DNA from: an uncultured Gammaproteobacteria bacterium
Lineage (GTDB): Bacteria; Pseudomonadota; Gammaproteobacteria; Steroidobacterales; Rariloculaceae
Direction of reading: 5' to 3'
Length of the DNA stretch: 64,000 nt
NCBI GenBank assembly: GCA_964465375.1
Contig: CAYXIJ010000004.1
Coordinates: forward strand, 29,642 to 93,641
Position 1 is the first letter of the stretch. Every line of letters begins with the position of its first letter. Shown here in pieces: positions 58,109-64,000 of this stretch. The notes beneath the pieces are model-generated. The model searched no databases and was not told where the DNA came from. It saw only the letters and a list, made by a program, of their open reading frames with translations. The position numbers and the translations under genes are program-made.

Positions 58109-59428
58109 CTACATCAGTAAATGTGGAAGAAAAAGTGTTATGGGAGGTAATAAAATTAGTAAAGCCACGCGCACCACGCCGGAGGCTAGAAATGGCATCA
58201 CTCCCTTAAAAGTCTCCCTCATAGGCACATTTGGGGCGTGGTGATTGATAATTAAGACATTGATTCCTACTGGTGGCGTAATAAGGCCCGCCTCCACCAC
58301 GATAAGCGTAAGGATACCAAACCACAATTTAAGGTCGTTCTCAGGCATACCAAAATCTAGCCCAGCCATAATAGGCCAAAAAATTGGAATGGTAAGAAAT
58401 ATCATTGCTAGGCTGTCCATCAAGCACCCTAGCACTAAATAAATTAATAAAAAAAGAACCAAGATTGTGTAGGGATTTAAGCCACTTCCTACAGCCAGTT
58501 CCGAAAGAAGATCTGCTACACCAGTAAGCGCCATAAAAATGTTCAGGAAATCGGCACCGAGAAGAATTAGAAAAATCATCCCAGTCATCTTTGCGGTGTT
58601 CTTAATACAATCAAACAAGATTTTTATGTCAAATCCTACTTTCCACATCGCAAGCAGTGCTGCACCAAAAGCTCCTACTGCCGCTCCTTCGGTTGGATCA
58701 AAAAGTCCGAAGTAAATTCCACCAATAACCACTATAAATAGTAAAAGAGTAGGCCAAGTTTCAAGAATTGCGTTCCATCTCTGGCTAGCGTCTGCGCGAG
58801 CACCTAAAGGTCCTGATTCTGGTGAAAGTCGTACCCAAATAGCGATTGCCATTAGGTAGCCGACCGCACCAATGATTCCAGGAATCAGTGCGGCCTGAAA
58901 TACCTGAACGATATTGGCCTGAACAGAAATTGCGTAAATGATGAGCGCTACTGAAGGTGGAATAAGAATTCCAAGGGTGCCACCTGCTGCTAAAGTTCCG
59001 GTGGCCAAACTACCTGAGTAGCGGTAGCGCTCAAGCTCAGGTAATGCCACCCTCGCCATGGTCCCCGCTGTCGCTAGGGATGAGCCGCAAATAGCGCCGA
59101 AAGCTCCGCAACCCCCCACAGCAGCCATAGCAACTCCACCACGCCGGTGACCTAAAAATGTATTCGCTGCCTCAAATAAGGATCTACTCAAGCCAGACCT
59201 CGATGCAAATTCACCCATGAGCAAAAACATTGGGATTACAGAAAAATCATAGGAATTAAAACGCCAAAACGCAGCTGTCTTCATGTAATTAATCACTGGA
59301 TCAATGCCGGACAGCGATGCATAACCCACGATTCCTACCGTCATCATCGCAATGCCAACCGGTATGCGGATGATTAATAAAATCACTAGTGCAACCAAGC
59401 CGATAACAGCTATTTCAAGGCCGGTCAT
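58109..59428 (-). CDS. dctM: TRAP transporter large permease subunit
   Basis: DctM-like polytopic protein. I trimmed the start to the ATG at 59428 (MTGLEIAVIG), which forms an ATGA overlap with the dctQ stop. Confidence 0.9.
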   Translation of the reverse strand: MTGLEIAVIGLVALVILLIIRIPVGIAMMTVGIVGYASLSGIDPVINYMKTAAFWRFNSYDFSVIPMFLLMGEFASRSGLSRSLFEAANTFLGHRRGGVAMAAVGGCGAFGAICGSSLATAGTMARVALPELERYRYSGSLATGTLAAGGTLGILIPPSVALIIYAISVQANIVQVFQAALIPGIIGAVGYLMAIAIWVRLSPESGPLGARADASQRWNAILETWPTLLLFIVVIGGIYFGLFDPTEGAAVGAFGAALLAMWKVGFDIKILFDCIKNTAKMTGMIFLILLGADFLNIFMALTGVADLLSELAVGSGLNPYTILVLFLLIYLVLGCLMDSLAMIFLTIPIFWPIMAGLDFGMPENDLKLWFGILTLIVVEAGLITPPVGINVLIINHHAPNVPMRETFKGVMPFLASGVVRVALLILLPPITLFLPHLLM

Positions 59429-59928
59429 GAAGAGGAATCCCAAGGAATACGCGATGCTCTATACAGGCAACACAAAGAAAGCAGGCCAAATGACAAAATA
59501 GCGAATGGGTAGGCTAACCACAAAGGTACCCCTAGAATCATTGAGATATCCCAGTATCGCACCGTATCAATAAAACCAAAAATCATTCTCCAGACAAAGA
59601 GCGCTGAAAGTACACAAAAAAGAAGTGCTGCAAACATGTCCATGCACACCTGAACTGCGTGAGGCATGCGAGCAATAAAAATGTCTACAGCCACATTTCC
59701 GCGCTGCAAATAGCAGTGCGGCAAGAAAAGAAAAATAGAAATTGCTGAACCTAGGCCAACAATCTCGAAATCACCCGGCACGGGCCTAGAAAAGAGCGCT
59801 CTACCTAAAATACTGACTACCACCAATATGGTCATTGAAAACATCAGGAGTCCGCCAACATTTGCAAACCATCCGGCAAACCGATGCAACAACCGACCAA
59901 AGCTGTCACGAAGTTCCATGTCTGTCAT
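59425..59928 (-). CDS. dctQ: TRAP transporter small permease subunit
   Basis: 167 aa protein with four TM segments, immediately upstream of dctM. Confidence 0.85.
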   Translation of the reverse strand: MTDMELRDSFGRLLHRFAGWFANVGGLLMFSMTILVVVSILGRALFSRPVPGDFEIVGLGSAISIFLFLPHCYLQRGNVAVDIFIARMPHAVQVCMDMFAALLFCVLSALFVWRMIFGFIDTVRYWDISMILGVPLWLAYPFAILSFGLLSLCCLYRASRIPWDSSS

Positions 59929-60024
59929 TGATTATGTTTTCCTACAATCACAAGTAGCTGCTATCCGAAACTATATGACCGCATCAAAGGATATCCTGTC
60001 GATAAACACTCAAAATCACAATTC

Positions 60025-60912
60025 CTAAGTGCCGAAACTATACAGGCGATCAGGATTATCCACTAAAACCGCCTGCTGTGTGGCCTCTTCAGGCATAAAT
60101 AATGGAATGAGATCAACGAGATGCCCATCATTCGGCATGTGCCGCTTGATATTTGGATGGGGCCAATCAGTTCCCCACAATATTCGATCCAATGCTACTT
60201 CTAGTAACGCCTGCGCAAATGGTACAGCATCGGTGAAAGGTGGCCCGCCGGTAGAAACGCGCTCTGCACCACAGATTTTTACCCAACAGTTATCCATATG
60301 GGCAACCTCAAGCAAGAGACGGAACGGCTCTTGGGCCAAGCCATCCCCTGTCGGTACGCGGCCCATGTGATCTATGATGAACGGTACTGGCAGCTTCTTG
60401 AGTAAATCATGAAAATCCAGCAGATCAACCGCATCAAAATGCAGCACAACGTGCCAATCGAACACCTTAATCCTCTGGACCACATTGTGAAACACTTTTA
60501 AATCGGGAACACCTCCCAAATGCTTAACGAAATTGAAACGCACACCGCGAATTCCAGCAGCATTTAGTGCTTCAAAATCATGATCCGTAAATTTAGCGTC
60601 GACGTTGGCAACGCCTCGATATTTGCCCCCACTCTGAGCGATGGCATCCAAGATGACTGCATTGTCGCTACCATGACAACTTGCGTTAACCAAAACAGCT
60701 CTCTCCAGTCCTAAGATCGCCTGTAGCTCTTTGAAGCGCTCAAGTGGTGCGTCAGGTGGGGTATAGCTACGATTAGGCGCATAAGGATATTTGTCTCCTG
60801 GCCCAAAAATATGACAATGGGAATCGCAAGCATTTGCTGGTGCAATGTAATTAGGGCGTAGCGTATTTGGATCCGGGGCCTTACATACAGGTATTTCTTT
60901 CATTTTTCCCAT
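60025..60912 (-). CDS. Amidohydrolase-2 family protein (LigI-type lactonase-like)
   Basis: CDSHCHIFGP metal-site motif and a TIM-barrel hydrolase layout ending in WGTDWPHP. The start could be 60912 or 60903. Confidence 0.75.
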   Translation of the reverse strand: MGKMKEIPVCKAPDPNTLRPNYIAPANACDSHCHIFGPGDKYPYAPNRSYTPPDAPLERFKELQAILGLERAVLVNASCHGSDNAVILDAIAQSGGKYRGVANVDAKFTDHDFEALNAAGIRGVRFNFVKHLGGVPDLKVFHNVVQRIKVFDWHVVLHFDAVDLLDFHDLLKKLPVPFIIDHMGRVPTGDGLAQEPFRLLLEVAHMDNCWVKICGAERVSTGGPPFTDAVPFAQALLEVALDRILWGTDWPHPNIKRHMPNDGHLVDLIPLFMPEEATQQAVLVDNPDRLYSFGT

Positions 60913-61070
60913 CTTGTATTGACCTTTCCTCAAGCCCCACCCATCAGAACTCACAAGGAACTATTCATTGGAGTGAGTGGTATCATGCGTTGATAATATA
61001 ATGAGGGTAACACAGACTGAACTATAGTCAGGGACGCTCTAGTAGATAAATCAGCACGAAGAAACCTCTT

Positions 61071-62507
61071 ATGGCCGAACAAACTGACACAATTGAACTA
61101 CAAAAAAATTTCGCGCTGCTAATCGACGGGAAACTAGTAGAGACCAAAAATTTCCTTCAGGTTATCAATCCAGCTACCGAAAAAGTTTTTGCTCATTGTC
61201 CTGTGGCGGATCAAACCCATCTGAACGCCTCAGTGTCCGCTGCGCGCCGAGCATTAGACGCCTGGAGCTCAAAGTCTTACGAAGACCGTGCGGGCTATAT
61301 CCAACAGCTTGCCATGCTGCTGCGGGAGCACAAGGATTTTTTGGCGTCCCTACTGACACAAGAACAAGGTAAGCCACTCAGTCAATCTGTTGCTGAAATT
61401 GATCGTGGCGCAAGTCAGTCAGAAGGAATTGCAGGGATTGAGATTCCAGTCGAGACCCTAGTGGATGATGAAGAAAAATATATTGAGCTGCAATATCGGC
61501 CCCTTGGCGTAGTAGGCATTATCACACCCTGGAATGCCCCAGTTAATCTTGCCCTAGGTCCCCTAGTTTCGGCTCTCTATACTGGCAACACGGTCATTTT
61601 GAAGCCGTCACCTTACACTCCACTGACTACGCTCAAGATGGGGGAGTTGATGCAGAAAATCTTCCCGGCGGGTGTCATTAATTTTCTAGCAGGAGGGGAT
61701 GAACTGGGCCATGAAATGACCAAACATCCGGAAATAAACAAAATATCCTTCACCGGCTCAGTCGAAACAGGAAAAAAAGTAATGGCCAGCGCGGCGGGCA
61801 CTCTTAAGCGTGTGACCTTAGAACTCGGGGGCAATGATCCCGCTATCATCCTAGAAGACGTCGATCCAGAAGCAGTTGCCAAGAAAATTTTCTTTGCTGC
61901 CTTCGTGAATAGTGGTCAGGTCTGTATGGCGGTTAAAAGAATTTATACCCACGAGAAAATCTACGAGGAATTTTGCAGCGCACTAACCAAAGAAGCGAAA
62001 AATGCCAAATATGGCAACGGTCTTGACCCAGAAAACCACCTTGGTCCCATCCAGAACAAAATGCAATTTAACAAGGTCGTGGGGATACTGGAGGATACCA
62101 AAAAAACTGGTGCACGTTTTCTGTCTGGCGGCACATTACCGGACATACCCGGTTACTTCTTTCCGCCTACCCTTGTGACTGATATCGATGAAGATAGCCG
62201 TTTGGTTCGAGAGGAACAATTTGGACCTATTGTCCCGATTCTCAAATATAAAGATGTTGAGGACGCTATTCTTCGCGCTAACAATACTCCCTACGGGCTC
62301 AGCGGATCAGTGTGGTCAAGTGACCGGGAACGAGCAACCAAAATTGCGAAGCGGCTAAGGGTCGGTACAGCCTGGGTTAACCAGCACCGGGCTACATCTG
62401 CTTATGTTCCATTTGGGGGTGCCAAGGAATCGGGCATCGGACGACAATACTCGATCTTAGGACTTAAGGGCTACATGGAACCTGAAGTACTAAGTATCGT
62501 TAAATAA
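61071..62507 (+). CDS. NAD(P)-dependent aldehyde dehydrogenase
   Basis: LELGGNDP and NSGQVCMAVKR (catalytic Cys) motifs plus FTGSVETGKKV. Confidence 0.92.
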   Translation: MAEQTDTIELQKNFALLIDGKLVETKNFLQVINPATEKVFAHCPVADQTHLNASVSAARRALDAWSSKSYEDRAGYIQQLAMLLREHKDFLASLLTQEQGKPLSQSVAEIDRGASQSEGIAGIEIPVETLVDDEEKYIELQYRPLGVVGIITPWNAPVNLALGPLVSALYTGNTVILKPSPYTPLTTLKMGELMQKIFPAGVINFLAGGDELGHEMTKHPEINKISFTGSVETGKKVMASAAGTLKRVTLELGGNDPAIILEDVDPEAVAKKIFFAAFVNSGQVCMAVKRIYTHEKIYEEFCSALTKEAKNAKYGNGLDPENHLGPIQNKMQFNKVVGILEDTKKTGARFLSGGTLPDIPGYFFPPTLVTDIDEDSRLVREEQFGPIVPILKYKDVEDAILRANNTPYGLSGSVWSSDRERATKIAKRLRVGTAWVNQHRATSAYVPFGGAKESGIGRQYSILGLKGYMEPEVLSIVK

Positions 62508-62598
62508 TTACCCGAATTACATAATGCTTTCTTTCAAAGCCATTATTTGCAAAAAACCTGTCACTAAGCAACAAATTTTTGAAAGGTAAAAAACAGCT

Positions 62599-63789
62599 CT
62601 ACTCATCGGGGGTTGAAGAGCGCAACGTCTCTGGTACCAGAAAAAGTAACACGAAAGCACCAACGATGCCCGTGGCCGAAACCACGAAGCTAGCTGCTGC
62701 TAAGCTAGCCATTTCCACCAGTACGCTAGCCAGCAAAGGTCCACCAGCCCAGCCCACGTCGCTGACCAGTCGCCAAACTCCCAAAAACTGCCCGCGCTGA
62801 TCTGAAGGCGCAAGATCGGAACCAATAATCATAACGATTCCTGTACTCACTCCATTGGCAAAGCCCAACAATAGAGTCGCACCAAGCAATGAATAAAAAC
62901 CTTGGGCTAAGGGAAGAATCGAAAGCCCTATAGCAAAAAGAACCATACTTGGCACGCCTGTCCATTTGCGTCCCCAACGATCAACCACAACACCTACGGG
63001 GTAGAAAAGCGACATGTCTACCGCGGCACCAAGTGAAAAAATAGCACCTACAGCAACAGCATCTAATCCAACCGCAACACCGAACAATGGAATCAGTAAG
63101 TTGCGGGTAGCCCTCATAAGCTGCAATGTAAGAGAGGAAAAACCAGCTGTAGCAAAAACTCCAGCGTAGTCTCGAACAATCCTGCCCGTGGTTGACAAGC
63201 TGACACCATGGTCGCCATGAGAAGGAGCAATATTGCGAGCAGAAAAGAAAACAAGAATCAACGCTGCCGCGGCACTAATAGCAGCAGCAAAAAAAGCTGA
63301 AGGGTATCCAAAAAACTCTGCAACAATACCGCCAGCTACGGGCCCAATAAATCCCCCCATCCGATTGACACCAGCCATGACGGCAATGGCCCGGCCACGT
63401 TCGGCAGATGGGCAAAAATCGGTGATATACGACAGTCGTCCCAACACCCAGGCAGTGGAGCCAGCACCAATGAGTATCGCAAACGCTGCTAGCATCCAGA
63501 GACCCGACATTACAGAGAGAGCTACGGTGCCAGTCAGAATGGAAACAAGACCGACCAACATTAGCGGTTTATCTCCAAAACGTGCGGCCAGCATGCCAGC
63601 AGGCACATCGAAAACAAGAATGCCAATACCATGCAAGCCCATAATTAGCGCAGCAAAGGCAGGGGCGCCACCGAGTTCCAATACATACAGCGGAAGCAAG
63701 ATCAGCATTGCCTGAGCACTCAGTGCCATCAGAAAGGATGGCACATAAATCGGAGCTAGCAACTGGTCGTAGGGAGATTTCAGAGGCAT
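62599..63789 (-). CDS. MFS transporter
   Basis: 396 aa protein with 12 TM segments and MFS loop motifs. Confidence 0.85.
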   Translation of the reverse strand: MPLKSPYDQLLAPIYVPSFLMALSAQAMLILLPLYVLELGGAPAFAALIMGLHGIGILVFDVPAGMLAARFGDKPLMLVGLVSILTGTVALSVMSGLWMLAAFAILIGAGSTAWVLGRLSYITDFCPSAERGRAIAVMAGVNRMGGFIGPVAGGIVAEFFGYPSAFFAAAISAAAALILVFFSARNIAPSHGDHGVSLSTTGRIVRDYAGVFATAGFSSLTLQLMRATRNLLIPLFGVAVGLDAVAVGAIFSLGAAVDMSLFYPVGVVVDRWGRKWTGVPSMVLFAIGLSILPLAQGFYSLLGATLLLGFANGVSTGIVMIIGSDLAPSDQRGQFLGVWRLVSDVGWAGGPLLASVLVEMASLAAASFVVSATGIVGAFVLLFLVPETLRSSTPDE

Positions 63790-63841
63790 CGCCTTTAACT
63801 TGCGGCCCTCGCCGTAAAGGCTAAAATGCCCGCGCTAACAT

Positions 63842-64000
63842 TTAGATGTTGTTCAAGATCGACAGCGCCGTTCCAGAGAATATCGCAGTCTTTTCTGATT
63901 CTGATATGTGTAATTCTTCAATAGAGCTGACAGCACGATCAATAGAGCCCAACAGATGTGGGAAATCGCTGCCCATTACCATGTGATTAACATCCACGAT
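63842..64000 (-). CDS. Amidohydrolase-family protein, C-terminal 52 aa only. The gene starts beyond the window end
   Basis: My own minus-strand translation gives IVDVNHMVMGSDFPHLLGSIDRAVSSIEELHISESEKTAIFSGTALSILNNI*, typical of an amidohydrolase-2 / ACMSD-like C-terminus (GSD.PH). Confidence 0.6.
   Translation of the reverse strand: MVDVNHMVMGSDFPHLLGSIDRAVSSIEELHISESEKTAIFSGTALSILNNI

Overview
This 64 kb window looks like an ordinary, densely coded bacterial chromosome segment. Gene content suggests a proteobacterium, possibly a marine gammaproteobacterium, but that is inference only. I support about 58 protein-coding genes, one cobalamin riboswitch, and a few promoter, operator and terminator candidates. 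By eye I found no rRNA, tRNA, CRISPR array, transposase or integrase.

Main blocks, in order:
- 1-5882: an NAD-linked molybdenum formate dehydrogenase operon (fdsGBAD) followed by an LldD-like flavoenzyme gene.
- 7933-15297: a complete mevalonate-pathway island with HMG-CoA synthase, a single-ORF fusion of class II HMG-CoA reductase and mevalonate kinase, phosphomevalonate kinase, diphosphomevalonate decarboxylase, type-1 IDI and FPP synthase. A sulfotransferase gene lies immediately downstream.
- 19807-24771: a B12-riboswitch-controlled btuB-btuFCD uptake operon.
- 24785-27873: metal-related genes (CDF exporter, ModF-like double ATPase, MerC-like protein).
- 28775-31257: a sigma54/NtrC-type porin-glnK-amtB operon.
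- 33392-38508: a gntR-MFP-RND efflux operon with a duplicated operator.
- 38861-41762: mscS, then two genes I cannot assign to any family.
- 41828-43601: moaA-moaC-moaD without moaE.
- Remainder: yhhQ-like transporter, a CFA-synthase-like methyltransferase with a flavin reductase, glnS, a MATE exporter, moeA, xdhC-like, folE, modBC without modA, a TRAP dctQM pair, and amidohydrolase, aldehyde dehydrogenase and MFS genes.

The observations most worth follow-up are:
- the HMGR-MVK fusion and the mevalonate island itself;
- the unassigned 40.0-41.8 kb gene pair;
- MoaD ending in Ala-Gly with no moaE nearby;
- an orphan terminator that may mark a small RNA;
- a short relic that looks like a phage terminase small subunit.

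Nothing here can be called novel from sequence reading alone. Each claim lists the search that would decide it. The ORF track renders GTG/TTG starts as M, and I trimmed several starts accordingly.
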